From: Meyerozyma guilliermondii
Lineage: Eukaryota
Length of the DNA stretch: 64,000 nt
Direction: 5' to 3'
NCBI GenBank assembly: GCA_051546255.1
Contig: CP128819.1
Span: forward strand, 744,001 to 808,000
Shown here one piece after another: positions 36,367 through 46,738 of the stretch (its first letter is position 1; the number at the start of each line of letters is the position of its first letter). The notes beneath the pieces were generated by a model. It did not search any database. It saw only the letters and a list, made by a program, of their open reading frames with translations, and had not been told where the DNA came from. The position numbers were made by a program, and so were the translations under genes.

Positions 36367-38799
36367 ATGGATATTCCACTTAAATCGAGACCCAAGGTCT
36401 CTATGGTGAATTTGATCGAGGAGGAAACTTTCAACAAGGCAAGGCAAAAGGCAGACACTTCCAAAGAAGAAAGCAGCGACACAATCCACATCCCTCATCA
36501 TCAGACCGAACCCCGCTTGACGCAAAATGGCGACAATAATCACGGTTCTAATTACAAACTTGTTCGAACATTTTCGGAGAGTGAGGCCAACAACTTCGAC
36601 TCCGAGACAGGCCATAGAATCTTTGAGGATGGCAAAATTAGACCGAAGACTTCGCGTGCCAACACCAATCAATCACAACAGGAGAGCCCTATAAAGCTAT
36701 ATTCTCGCTCCCACAACGAGTACATAGACGCTCCAGATTCTGGCTATGTTGCTGGACTTGAGGACGAGTATATACCGGGTCTTGATTTCGGAGATTTGAT
36801 ATACCGATGGAATAAATCGTCGTCTGAAAACTTGAGCACTTACGAAGGAGAAGGCGTTCCTCGGAGCAGCGCAACAACATCGATATCTAATACTCCTCTG
36901 AGCCGCAACCAGTCCTACTTGGACCTCAACGAACTTCACGCTCAGGTAGCGCCCCAGCCTATCAAGCTTCGAAATCAAGAGAACAAATTATCGTTCACAA
37001 AATTGCATGATGCGATGAAATTGAGAACTCCATCGTCTAATAGCCTTCATGACCCGCTCAGCACCAGTGTTTGTAAGGACACATCAGCTCATCGAAGCAA
37101 GAAACAGAAGTCACATCGCTACGTGGATCAAGCACATGGCGATATCAACTATGAGCAAATCATAGAGAGTCTTCCAAGTAATTTCAATGATCTTCCGTAT
37201 TCCCAGAGAAAGAAGATAGTCCAGTCATTCTCTGATTCGATTGACTATTCCCAGTTTTCTCTTTTTGCCAAGGACTACTTGACAAAGTTCGGTGAAGGCC
37301 GATCGTCAAGAAGCGGTTCTACCGCCGGGAGTCTTTCAAGGCTCTCGAGAAGAAACAGCACGGTCGCTGGTCGGCTACTTGCTTTATCTTCTTCTTCGGA
37401 TATCAAAAAGTTGAACGAGCCCAAGAAAAAAGTCAACGTAGATGAAAAAGGAGCCCAGGTAATGGAATACGAGTTGGGCAAAATTATCGGGTACGGTGCC
37501 TGGGGTACTATAAGAGAATGCACGGATGATAAGGGGAATGTCAGGGCCGTCAAAATAGTCAAGTCATGTCGTGAGAGAGATGAGTCTCCCGCTCGTTCGC
37601 GATCGCGGTCACCTTCAAGAATTAAAGCAAACAATAATCAAGTGTTGGAGTTCTTCAAGAAGGAGATAAAGATTTGGGAGCAGTTACATCATGCAAATAT
37701 CCTACCTTTGATCAAGTATTTGGAAACTGAGAACATCATTTTTTGTTTCACAGACAAGATTCCCGGTGGAACATTATTTGACCATGTTCTGCAATGGGGT
37801 ATGTTTGACACTGGGTTATCCAATAGCGTTGGTCCCATAACATTCCTGCTTGAGGCGCAGAAGGAGCGATTACTCCGGACCGCTTCTTTCGTGAAACAGA
37901 TTGTTGAAGGCTTGAGATACATGCATCAAGAAAAAGGAATCGTGCATGGAGACTTAAAGCTCGAAAATGTTTTGGTGGATGACAATGATGCGAATGATAT
38001 CAAAATGATTCTCTGTGATTTTGGCATGTCCCGCGTCTATACTTCGCGGCTCAATCGGGCAGTTGCCGACCACGAGTCATCGCCTACTCTCCGAAGCCGA
38101 TCGTCTTTCACGCGAACAAGAAAGCCGTACCATGGAGGGCATTCTAAGCACACTACGCAACTATTTACTGATGACTCCAAAATTGGGCTCTCCAATCTTT
38201 TCAAATCTCATGGTCCATCGATGCAGTCGGTCACTCTAACGCCTACAGAATCTTTGTCTCTTGCAGATGCGCATGAACTTAAGACGAAATTTAATCATGT
38301 GGAGACCATCGATTCGGGATTGCCTCATTCGCATATAGGCTCGCTTCCTTATGCTTCCCCAGAATTGCTTTTGCCGTCTCCACCCCCGCTCGGTCCGTCG
38401 GCGGATGTATGGGCTCTTGGGGTGCTTACGTATACAATGATCGTCGGACGACTTCCGTTTCAACATCCGTATGAGCCACGTTTGAGGGCAATGATCACAG
38501 CTGGGCATTTCGACAAAGACGATTTGGCACTGGCTTGCCTCATGCAATGGAACCACACCACAGGCAACGGTTCTGCAGACGCTTCCAATTCGGGCACCAC
38601 CGAAGTCATGTCAGGTTCCTCATTTACCGATGGAGGACGCGCCAGCGGCTTAGACGCACTAGCGCAGCAGTGGAGCAAGCAGGACTGCACTGAGTTCAAG
38701 TACTTGCATGACTTGGTTAATGGATGTTTGGAGTTGAATATTACTAAGAGATGGGATTTAGAGATGGTGAAGCGTTCGCTCGAAGCCACACATTGTTAG
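36367..38799 (+). CDS. NNK1: Ser/Thr protein kinase, Nnk1-like
   Basis: Long S-rich N-terminus with LPSNFNDLPYSQRKK. Kinase motifs IIGYGAWG, HGDLKLEN, CDFG with a long insert, IGSLPYASPE and ADVWALGV. Confidence 0.7.
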   Translation: MDIPLKSRPKVSMVNLIEEETFNKARQKADTSKEESSDTIHIPHHQTEPRLTQNGDNNHGSNYKLVRTFSESEANNFDSETGHRIFEDGKIRPKTSRANTNQSQQESPIKLYSRSHNEYIDAPDSGYVAGLEDEYIPGLDFGDLIYRWNKSSSENLSTYEGEGVPRSSATTSISNTPLSRNQSYLDLNELHAQVAPQPIKLRNQENKLSFTKLHDAMKLRTPSSNSLHDPLSTSVCKDTSAHRSKKQKSHRYVDQAHGDINYEQIIESLPSNFNDLPYSQRKKIVQSFSDSIDYSQFSLFAKDYLTKFGEGRSSRSGSTAGSLSRLSRRNSTVAGRLLALSSSSDIKKLNEPKKKVNVDEKGAQVMEYELGKIIGYGAWGTIRECTDDKGNVRAVKIVKSCRERDESPARSRSRSPSRIKANNNQVLEFFKKEIKIWEQLHHANILPLIKYLETENIIFCFTDKIPGGTLFDHVLQWGMFDTGLSNSVGPITFLLEAQKERLLRTASFVKQIVEGLRYMHQEKGIVHGDLKLENVLVDDNDANDIKMILCDFGMSRVYTSRLNRAVADHESSPTLRSRSSFTRTRKPYHGGHSKHTTQLFTDDSKIGLSNLFKSHGPSMQSVTLTPTESLSLADAHELKTKFNHVETIDSGLPHSHIGSLPYASPELLLPSPPPLGPSADVWALGVLTYTMIVGRLPFQHPYEPRLRAMITAGHFDKDDLALACLMQWNHTTGNGSADASNSGTTEVMSGSSFTDGGRASGLDALAQQWSKQDCTEFKYLHDLVNGCLELNITKRWDLEMVKRSLEATHC

Positions 38800-39237
38800 T
38801 ATTGTATAGTTTTCGTGTACCACTAATATTTAGTAATGCGCCTCAAAAGTAACGAAAACATATGCATTCTCGATTGTCAAGGTATGCAGGTGCATTACGG
38901 AAGTCATCGGAGGCGATGAGCCGGCATGCGGCGTCCGCCGATGATACGCTAGATTTTAGACCTTGCGTATTTCTTTTAATCATAATATCAATCTTTTCAA
39001 GTTACGTTCTACATATTCTTGGCCCAACTCTCACAGCGCTAACATTTATTTCAAAATTATACTTTTTCCCATACACTGAGAGAGAGTTCGGGTTCGGAAA
39101 AACCATGCATATTGACACAATCGTGCATGAGCTGCCTGCATGTGTCAAACATTCAGCCCCACTTCGGGCGGCCGTGACCTTCCGAGTTGGATTTACCTGT
39201 CAAAAAAGAAAAACAATCGTTCGAGAGCGATGCTGGG

Positions 39238-39245
39238 TTACGTCA
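39238..39245. promoter_or_regulatory. CRE/ATF site TTACGTCA in the STL1 promoter
   Basis: Exact T(G/T)ACGT(C/A)A match ~120 bp upstream of the ATG. STL1 orthologues are osmostress/HOG-regulated. Confidence 0.5.
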
Positions 39246-39360
39246 CGTAGTGCTATGTTTAAAATTTTTGTCGGCACCCCCACCACTCGGTTCGGGGCTT
39301 GTCAGTATAAGAAGCAGCCGGGTCGCATTTACACTATTTTTTTAGCATTTATTTTCAAAT

Positions 39361-41073
39361 ATGGTTTGGGACATTAAATCACGAACCAACACAGGTGGAT
39401 TAACCGGAAGAAAGCTCCGGTGGACGGTGACATTTATTGCAACTATGGGATTTTCTCTCTTTGGTTATGATCAAGGATTGATGTCAGGTCTTATTACTGG
39501 AGAACAATTCAATTCGGAATTTCCTCCAACCAAGACTCCAACAACTGGTTCTCCTACTCATGCGCAAACCATTCAAGGTGCGGTGACTTCTTGTTACGAA
39601 ATTGGATGTTTTTTCGGTGCGCTTTTTGCATTGTTCAGAGGTGACAAGATTGGAAGAAGACCATTGATCATTGCTGGTTCTTTCATTATCATCATTGGAA
39701 CTGTGATTTCTGTGGCTTCTTTCCATCACAGCTGGGGATTGGGACAGTTTGTTGTTGGAAGAGTTATTACTGGTATTGGAAATGGATTGAACACAGCCAC
39801 AATTCCTGTTTGGCAATCAGAAATGTCCAAGTCCGAGAACAGAGGATTATTAGTCAATTTTGAAGGTTCGGTGGTTGCTATTGGTACTTTTGTGGCTTAC
39901 TGGATTGACTTTGGTCTTTCTTATGTTCATTCTTCGGTTCAATGGAGATTTCCAGTGGCTTTCCAAATTGTATTTGCAGCCGTTGTATTCATTGGTATTC
40001 TTCCACTTCCTGAATCTCCAAGATGGCTTGTTGCGCACGACCGCAAGGCTGAAGCCCAGTACATCTTGGGTGCTTTGAACGATGTGTCTCCAGACGATGA
40101 TGGAGTGGTGGCTGAATTGACCCATATTTCCGATTCTGTCAACAGATTTTCCAGATCTCAAGTTGGGTTCAAAGACTTGCTTACTGGAGGAAAGCAGCAA
40201 CACTTTGCCAGAATGCTCATTGGATCATCGACTCAATTCTTCCAGCAATTCACTGGGTGTAACGCTGCTATTTATTACTCAACGGTACTTTTCGAAGACA
40301 CCGTTTTGACTGGATTGGAAACAGCATGGAGAAGAAGATTATCATTGATTTTGGGAGGAGTTTTCGCTACTGTTTACGCCTTGTTCACTATTCCTTCCTT
40401 CTTCTTGGTGGATACTCTCGGAAGAAGAAGTTTGTTCTTGATTGGAGCCACTGGTCAAGCAGTTGCTTTCACTATTGCATTTGGTTCATTGGTTCATCCT
40501 AATCCTGAAAATGCCAAAGGTGCTGCTGTGGGTATCTTCATTTTTATCTGCTTCTTTGCCTTTACCGTTCTTCCTCTTCCATGGATTTACCCACCTGAAA
40601 TTAACCCTATGAGAACAAGAACCATTGCTACTGCTGTGTCCACTTGTACAAACTGGATTTGCAACTTTGCTGTGGTGATGTTCACACCTATTTTCATTGG
40701 TAAGTCGGGCTGGGGTTGTTACCTTTTCTTTGCTGTGCTTAACTATTTGTGGATTCCTATCATCTTTTTCTTTTACCCAGAAACCGCTGGACGTCAATTG
40801 GAGGAAGTTGACATTATTTTCGCAAAGGCTCATGCTGATGGTACTTTCCCATTCAGAGTTGCAGCCACTATGCCAAAGATGAACTTGGCCACTATCAAGA
40901 CTGAAGGTGAACAATTGGGTCTTTACGATGACGACTTTGAAAAGGAACAATTTGAAACCAAAGAATTGATGGAACCCACTGGCTCAGGCACTGTCTCACC
41001 CGGCTCTGATGCCGTCTTGAACAAGGTTGATGAGAACGATAATAATGTGGACAACGTTGATAACCGAGTTTAG
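39361..41073 (+). CDS. STL1: Glycerol/H+ symporter (sugar porter MFS)
   Basis: Motifs GLTGRKLR, LFGYDQG, PVWQSE, QWRFP, PESPRWL, QFFQQFTGCNAAIYY, YPPEINP and PETAGR. Confidence 0.9.
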   Translation: MVWDIKSRTNTGGLTGRKLRWTVTFIATMGFSLFGYDQGLMSGLITGEQFNSEFPPTKTPTTGSPTHAQTIQGAVTSCYEIGCFFGALFALFRGDKIGRRPLIIAGSFIIIIGTVISVASFHHSWGLGQFVVGRVITGIGNGLNTATIPVWQSEMSKSENRGLLVNFEGSVVAIGTFVAYWIDFGLSYVHSSVQWRFPVAFQIVFAAVVFIGILPLPESPRWLVAHDRKAEAQYILGALNDVSPDDDGVVAELTHISDSVNRFSRSQVGFKDLLTGGKQQHFARMLIGSSTQFFQQFTGCNAAIYYSTVLFEDTVLTGLETAWRRRLSLILGGVFATVYALFTIPSFFLVDTLGRRSLFLIGATGQAVAFTIAFGSLVHPNPENAKGAAVGIFIFICFFAFTVLPLPWIYPPEINPMRTRTIATAVSTCTNWICNFAVVMFTPIFIGKSGWGCYLFFAVLNYLWIPIIFFFYPETAGRQLEEVDIIFAKAHADGTFPFRVAATMPKMNLATIKTEGEQLGLYDDDFEKEQFETKELMEPTGSGTVSPGSDAVLNKVDENDNNVDNVDNRV

Positions 41074-41106
41074 ATATTCATATGTACTTATAGAAGGAGA
41101 CTTTAT

Positions 41107-41229
41107 TATGCTAAGCTTCTATTCGGTCACATTGCTGTGATAATTATGGCCCTCTCTTCCGATTCTTGCTGTGGTATCATGCTAGTTTTCCTTCGGTCAC
41201 AATTGCTGTTATGCTAGCTTTCCCTCGGA
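41107..41229. repeat. Degenerate ~30-bp repeats overlapping the DCR2 stop codon
   Basis: ATGCTA(A)G-TT..TTCGGTCACA(A)TTGCTGT occurs twice, and a third ATGCTAGCTTTCCCTCGG is the DCR2 3' end. Confidence 0.6.
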
Positions 41230-43326
41230 GACGAGGGTGTATCTATCCACCTCCTTCCCCGTTTGGCTCTCGAGGCGTTTCCACGTCTCTATCTTTCCAT
41301 CATTAGTGTTGATTTCGTACACCCTCATTCTTCGAATATACCCATTATACCCACCATATCCACCCTCTCCTGAACCACCGCCGTAGCACAACCACATGCG
41401 GTTTTCTCTAGAACTATCTTTGTCTTGAACATCAAGCACACAGTAGTCGTTGCAATGGTCATGACCAACACTCACCACAGAAACACCCAACTTTCCAAGA
41501 ACAGACCTGGCTCCAGTATTGTATCGCGGAGCAGTTACACCTTCACGAAGTTCACCGACCTTGGTTTGACCGTCGATATTTCGGTACTCTGGGAGAGGAA
41601 TGTGGAAAAATGCCATAGACATGTGCATCTTCGAGTATGCTGCGGATGATTTTTGTAGACTGGCACCTTCTTCTTCGAGCCATTTTAGTTGCGATTCTTT
41701 GATCCAATCGTAGCCGGGATTCACCTTGGGGTTTGGCGAATATTTGTGTGTGTCAAGGAAGTACAATGTGATAGCAGTATTGTGAGTCGAGTATCCCTCG
41801 ATGGGTACGACGTAGTTGCCTACTCCCGCAACCGCTTCGGGTCCAACTGCTGCAACGGAATATGGCATATTAGCTGATAACGACATGATCTCCTGTCTCG
41901 TCATGGAGCCTTCGTCGTCGTGATTTCCCATGGTAACAGCATAAGGAATCTTGCGCTTGATAATGGGGTCAAGGGCCTTGAAAACTGCGGTTTCTGCGTC
42001 GGGGGCATTGTCACCAAAGATTTGGTCCCCAGTCAAAACCACCATATCTGGCTTTTCTGTATCAAGCATTGTGTTCAAAAACTTGAGGGTTCTGGGATCA
42101 GCTAAGCAGTTTTTGGCAGACTCTGCTGGTACGGGATCTCTGCATTTGCCGTTGCCAGTAGCAAGGTGCAAATCGGCCACTTGAAGAATTTTGAATTTGC
42201 CGTTCTTGTTCATTTTAAGTGGTGTTTGGTACTGCTTTGACTTATAATCAAGTTTGGGCCCTCGTCTTATTGTGAGGTAAGGTTTCCGGTCAGCAGTGGT
42301 TGATATGCCTTGAATATGGCCCTTGGTGTTCAACTGCCAGTTGGGGCGTGGATCTACGGCACCTTCACCAAACAAAATGTCAATTCCAGTGATAGCATTT
42401 TTATGAGATGGCGGTCCATAACGTACCCATATACCATGAGACTTGTAGCGCCAGCCTCTGGCTTTCACCTGATCCATGGAAGGCATGGTAATGGAGGTTT
42501 TAAGTGCGTGTCTCGAAGTTTCTTCTGTTCTCTTTTTGTTGCCGGAGTCATCATTTGCTTTCTTCTTTGCTTCTGCTTTTTCTCCTTTCTTCTCTGCTTC
42601 TTTTGCTGCCTTTTCCTCCTTTTCCTTCTCCGCTTCTTTTCTCTCATTTTCGAGGTTGATACGATTAATCTCGTTGCTGGCCGCTTTATGTTTCTCAACC
42701 GTAACCGCTGTGAGCTTGCCCTTCATTTGAGCCCGCTGCGAGTCCACGAGAGCTGTGTGTTCCTCATCATCATAGGGAGTACCAGAAAAGAAATTGGCTG
42801 CCAAATCGTAAGGAAGTTTGAGCTTTTCGTTTCCAGGAAGGGTCGCATCTTTAGCTGGATTAGCTATGGCTATATCGATTATCACCTGGTCCACTAATTT
42901 TTCTTCCCTCTTTCCTGCGTTTTCCTGGTCGCCTTCCATAGAAATCTTGCCGTCCAATGCCTCGTACTTGGCTTTCTTATAGGAAAAATATTGTTTTTGG
43001 ACCCACGAGTTACCCAAGGTGAGGTCCTTATCGATCTTTACCCATTCACCAGACAGCCCTAAATTGCCCAAAACACCCTCGTTCTTTCCTGGAACACCAC
43101 ACTCACTCAGGGCGGATCCTAGCTTGAAACAGGAACGAATAGCGATGTCTACGATGTACAGATCGGATGATGGCTGGAAGAAACTAGGGGTAAATCCTGC
43201 TCCCAAGTAGTCGTCGAGCACAATTAAACGTTGTTTGTTGGCCACAAGCACCAAGCCAATACAGAACATCAATAGTACACCCACATATCCTAGTTGGCGG
43301 ATCCATCGTCTTGGCAATCCCAACAT
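41209..43326 (-). CDS. DCR2: Calcineurin-like metallophosphoesterase Dcr2, type II membrane
   Basis: N-terminal TM segment. Motifs FKILQVADLH, VVLTGDQI, MGNHD, FFHIPLPEY, GHDHCNDYC and LCYGGGSGEGGY. Confidence 0.9.
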   Translation of the reverse strand: MLGLPRRWIRQLGYVGVLLMFCIGLVLVANKQRLIVLDDYLGAGFTPSFFQPSSDLYIVDIAIRSCFKLGSALSECGVPGKNEGVLGNLGLSGEWVKIDKDLTLGNSWVQKQYFSYKKAKYEALDGKISMEGDQENAGKREEKLVDQVIIDIAIANPAKDATLPGNEKLKLPYDLAANFFSGTPYDDEEHTALVDSQRAQMKGKLTAVTVEKHKAASNEINRINLENERKEAEKEKEEKAAKEAEKKGEKAEAKKKANDDSGNKKRTEETSRHALKTSITMPSMDQVKARGWRYKSHGIWVRYGPPSHKNAITGIDILFGEGAVDPRPNWQLNTKGHIQGISTTADRKPYLTIRRGPKLDYKSKQYQTPLKMNKNGKFKILQVADLHLATGNGKCRDPVPAESAKNCLADPRTLKFLNTMLDTEKPDMVVLTGDQIFGDNAPDAETAVFKALDPIIKRKIPYAVTMGNHDDEGSMTRQEIMSLSANMPYSVAAVGPEAVAGVGNYVVPIEGYSTHNTAITLYFLDTHKYSPNPKVNPGYDWIKESQLKWLEEEGASLQKSSAAYSKMHMSMAFFHIPLPEYRNIDGQTKVGELREGVTAPRYNTGARSVLGKLGVSVVSVGHDHCNDYCVLDVQDKDSSRENRMWLCYGGGSGEGGYGGYNGYIRRMRVYEINTNDGKIETWKRLESQTGKEVDRYTLVSEGKLA

Positions 43327-43408
43327 GATGTCTGCCACAAAACGATGAGAACAGACGAGATAGCGAGTGCGATTACATAATGGGAACCAAACCATATATT
43401 CTGTATAA

Positions 43409-43699
43409 CTACTTGTTTTTACTGCGTTCGGCTGCCAACTCCTCCTCACGCTTCTTCGCTTCGGGTTCGATATCCGGGAACGTGTCAGGATTGGGAATTG
43501 GTTTGTGCTTGTCGGCTTCAAGAATTCGAGTGTGGGGTTTATTGACCGAATTCCACGGCACCTTTTTCCCTCCGATTTCTACATAGAGTTCATCTTCTCC
43601 AAGATTCTTCAAGTCTTTTGGGGTTTCGTCAGTCATTTTAAGTAGAAAGTATCCGTAAGCGATTCCAACAGCTATAAATGCAAAGAAGATCAAATGCAT
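43409..43699 (-). CDS. Small hypothetical protein (96 aa with N-terminal hydrophobic segment, or 75 aa from ATG 43636)
   Basis: Fills the DCR2-COY1 gap in the same orientation, with protein-like composition (YVEIGGKKVPW..KPH..FPDIEP). Confidence 0.6.
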   Translation of the reverse strand: MHLIFFAFIAVGIAYGYFLLKMTDETPKDLKNLGEDELYVEIGGKKVPWNSVNKPHTRILEADKHKPIPNPDTFPDIEPEAKKREEELAAERSKNK

Positions 43700-43734
43700 A
43701 ACTGACTTGCTGCGACCGATGCAGGAGATCGGTG

Positions 43735-45708
43735 CTATGGTGCCGCAGCCATGTTCACGTGGACGTCAGGCGACCCCAGGATTCCATTAGCCACGCCTCC
43801 AGTAGACGAATTTAATCCAACTTCTGGAAGCATGGTGGTATTTAGACTCATGGCGTAGATGGTGACTATCATCACCACACAATGTAGACCCACACAGTAG
43901 ATAAGAAAGAGCATTCTGGTGACTCTAGTAGCAAGCACTGCTCTTGTGAGTGAGATGAAGAGACGTTCTGCCGGTGATAATCGAGAGCTGATACGTTCTT
44001 GTTCTTGCATTCGAAACTGCTCGATGGGGTGGAGTTTGGACTCGTACGATTGGCGATATGGGTTATTTTCAAGGTCCATGTTGGGCTTGGGTTGGAACAC
44101 CCTTCTTCCACTAGTCGATGTTCCGTTCGAAGCCAAGTATCGGGTTCGTTCATAGAGCTCTTCGTTGTCCTTTTTAAGCTGATGAACCTGTCTTTTGTAC
44201 TCGCTGATGATAGCCGTCTGTTTTCGCAACTCTTCTTCGAGCTCAGTGCACCGGTCTCTGAACCGGTCTCTCTGCTTGGTGACTATCGGCAATATCGATT
44301 GTGATTCTTCTCCTCCATTTGCAGTGCCTCTGGTCATGGTGGTGAATCGACTCACACCCGATATCATGCTAGCATTGTCGTTGAACCGATGAGCCTCCAC
44401 TGCCTCTTGTAAGTCTTTCTCTAATTTCCTATTATGACTGTGGGCTTGTTGGAGTTCATTATTGGTTTTTTCGAGACCTTGCTCTAGATGATGAATCTTC
44501 TCCACGAGGCCATCGTGCTGTGAACGAATGTCGGCTAACTCCTTCGTGAGAGCCTTGTTGCGTTGCATCAAAAGCGAGTCGAATTCTTTGGATTCGTCGT
44601 CTTCTGCGTCGTCGGTGCCAAACTCCAACTGCCGGAGTATATGGAGCTCTTGCTTCAATTCGTCGTAATCGTTGGTTTCTTCCAACTTGGTTTTCAACCC
44701 CCGGACCTCCACTGTAAGCTGGTTGATCTGGCGCTCGTAAAGCTCGCTTTTGTCTTTTTGGTCGGTCTGAGCATCTTGAAGTTTGTTGCGAAGTTGGTTT
44801 AGGGTGGCTAATGCACGAGCGTTCTCGCTTTCAAGATCAAAGATCTTTTTCGTGTTCTCCTTCTGGAAATCACCGTCTTCAAACTTGGACTTTAACATCG
44901 ATAATTCTCGACGCAAATTCTCATTTCTATTCTCAAGCTCGATCGACCGTTTTTTGGAAAACTCGGCATCCCTCGTTGCCATCTCGAGCTCAGCCAAAAC
45001 TGCTGCCAGGTCTGCAGGTACCGCATTGGAGCTCTGGGAGTTCAATTGGAGCTCGGTGACTTCTTTGGACGTACGAAGTTCCTCGATGGTGTTCTTGGCA
45101 CTGTCAAGCTGGTCGCGAAGTCCCTTCTCCTTCTCCTGCCAATTGGACTCTTTCTCGTCAATAAGCGCCTTATACTCGTCATCCTTGGCTGTGAGTTTGG
45201 CTCCCAACGTTTCGGCAGCCTTTTGTTCGCTTTCGAGCATCCGCTGCTTCAATTGGTCGTAGTCTGCCCGTCTTGCCAATTCGTCTTTCAAGTCACTTAT
45301 TTCCTTTTTGAGGGTTTCTGCTTCCGACGAGCTGATCACAGAGGCAAGAGAAGCCTCTAGAAGTGGCCTCGGGTTGGGCGCTTCGGCCATAACTCGGTAG
45401 AAGCTGAAGAAGTATTTCTCAACATTGCTTCTTTTGGTGGTCAATGAGTCGATTTCGTTCTGGTAAAGCTTGAGAAGCAGCTTGAGTGAATCAAGCTTCT
45501 CGTCATCCGGTAACTTCTTGAATTCCTTGGTTTTCGCTGCCAAATTTTTGCGAGACAATAAACTCAGTTTTTGTTCTTCTTTGATTTCAAGGCCTTGTTC
45601 ATCCAATTTTTTTTGGAGATTTGGTAGATCGATCTGCGACCATGCCTGAAGTGCACCCGTAAACTTGTTGGGAGGAGTCTGTGGTGTGCCTCTATTATCA
45701 GACTCCAT
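43735..45708 (-). CDS. COY1: Golgin Coy1 (CASP)
   Basis: Motifs LQKKLD, SRKNLAAKTKEFKK and YQNEIDSLT, a long coiled coil, SILPIVTKQRDRFR, DNEELYE and a C-terminal TM with Y...LH. Confidence 0.93.
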   Translation of the reverse strand: MESDNRGTPQTPPNKFTGALQAWSQIDLPNLQKKLDEQGLEIKEEQKLSLLSRKNLAAKTKEFKKLPDDEKLDSLKLLLKLYQNEIDSLTTKRSNVEKYFFSFYRVMAEAPNPRPLLEASLASVISSSEAETLKKEISDLKDELARRADYDQLKQRMLESEQKAAETLGAKLTAKDDEYKALIDEKESNWQEKEKGLRDQLDSAKNTIEELRTSKEVTELQLNSQSSNAVPADLAAVLAELEMATRDAEFSKKRSIELENRNENLRRELSMLKSKFEDGDFQKENTKKIFDLESENARALATLNQLRNKLQDAQTDQKDKSELYERQINQLTVEVRGLKTKLEETNDYDELKQELHILRQLEFGTDDAEDDESKEFDSLLMQRNKALTKELADIRSQHDGLVEKIHHLEQGLEKTNNELQQAHSHNRKLEKDLQEAVEAHRFNDNASMISGVSRFTTMTRGTANGGEESQSILPIVTKQRDRFRDRCTELEEELRKQTAIISEYKRQVHQLKKDNEELYERTRYLASNGTSTSGRRVFQPKPNMDLENNPYRQSYESKLHPIEQFRMQEQERISSRLSPAERLFISLTRAVLATRVTRMLFLIYCVGLHCVVMIVTIYAMSLNTTMLPEVGLNSSTGGVANGILGSPDVHVNMAAAP

Positions 45709-45853
45709 GGCACTAGTATCCGTGATCGTGATATGAGAAACTACATACAGTCGCAAGTCGCGAAACCAGCGGTGAGCATGCAAAGTGGTATTTACTAGTG
45801 TTTCCTGAGTCGACTACGCACACTACAAACTATCCTTCTACTTCTGTATTATC

Positions 45854-46514
45854 CTAAATGAATGTCTCGTATGGAACTGGAGCCAAAGTTTGAGGAACAT
45901 TGTCAACAGTCTTGACGATTCTAGCCTCTCTAGGCTTGGCTGGTTGTCTCTTCAAGAACACAGTCTCACCCTTGGCCTTGGCCTCTCTCTTCTTAGCAGC
46001 ATTGGTCTTGACTCTGTTCAAGAATTCTTGACGACAAGCAGAGTGCTTAACGTGCTCAACTCTCAAGTTGACTCTCTTTTCGAGGTATCTGTTTCCAACA
46101 ATCTTGTGAATAATGACACCGACAGACGACTTGGTGACGTTGTAAACAACACCGGTCTTACCGTGGTAGTACTTGTGGGGCATACCCTTTTGGATGGAAC
46201 CGTTGGCCTTGATGTCGACGATATCTCCAACCTTGTAGGTCTTCATATAGGTGGACAATGGGATGGCACCATGCTTCTTGAAATCACGCTGGAAGGCGTA
46301 ACGAGTACCCGATCTGTAACCATGACTGAGTTAGTATTTGGAGTTCAATTTGGTGATTTCTATGTTGTGTATGATGCATTGGGCAGGTAATGGTGAACAA
46401 ATGGTGAATTTATATAGTCAAATTCTAGTCAAATTCATATCCGCTGTAAGCCTTGTCACCTCCCGTACGATATCTGGTCGTTCAAAGCTTCGTCTGTACA
46501 TACGATTTACCCAT
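45854..46514 (-). CDS. RPL21: 60S ribosomal protein eL21, spliced: exon 1 46514-46504, intron 46503-46326, exon 2 46325-45854 (160 aa)
   Basis: ATGGGTAAATC|GTATGT...TACTAACTCAG|TCATGG restores [13 protein letters not shown]. Also [12 protein letters not shown]. Confidence 0.97.
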
Positions 46515-46559
46515 TTTTGTATCTGAAAACTATGGTGTGGAACCAAAAGTTAAAAGTGA

Positions 46560-46609
46560 TGAAAATTTTCGGGTGCGCACTCACGTGTGGGCTGAGCCCT
46601 TGTCACGTG
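46560..46609. promoter_or_regulatory. RP-gene promoter cluster: RRPE-like TGAAAATTTT, two TCACGTG (Cbf1-type) and a GGGCTGAGCCC palindrome
   Basis: TGAAAATTTT at 46560, TCACGTG at 46581 and 46603, with the palindrome between them. CUG-clade RP genes use Cbf1 plus Tbf1 rather than Rap1. Confidence 0.55.
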
Positions 46610-46738
46610 CTTCATCAAAAATCAATACTTTGAAGTTTTGCAGCCTACTAAATGGTGGTTCATAAACCGTGTATTCTACAGTTGGAGTAACCCATTATAT
46701 ATATATTAGGTGTCAAATAAAAACGAGGGATGACGAGT

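Noticed and set aside
38862..39377. 171-aa plus-strand ORF upstream of STL1
   Set aside because: No recognisable domain, overlaps the STL1 start out of frame and covers promoter motifs. A uORF role cannot be excluded.
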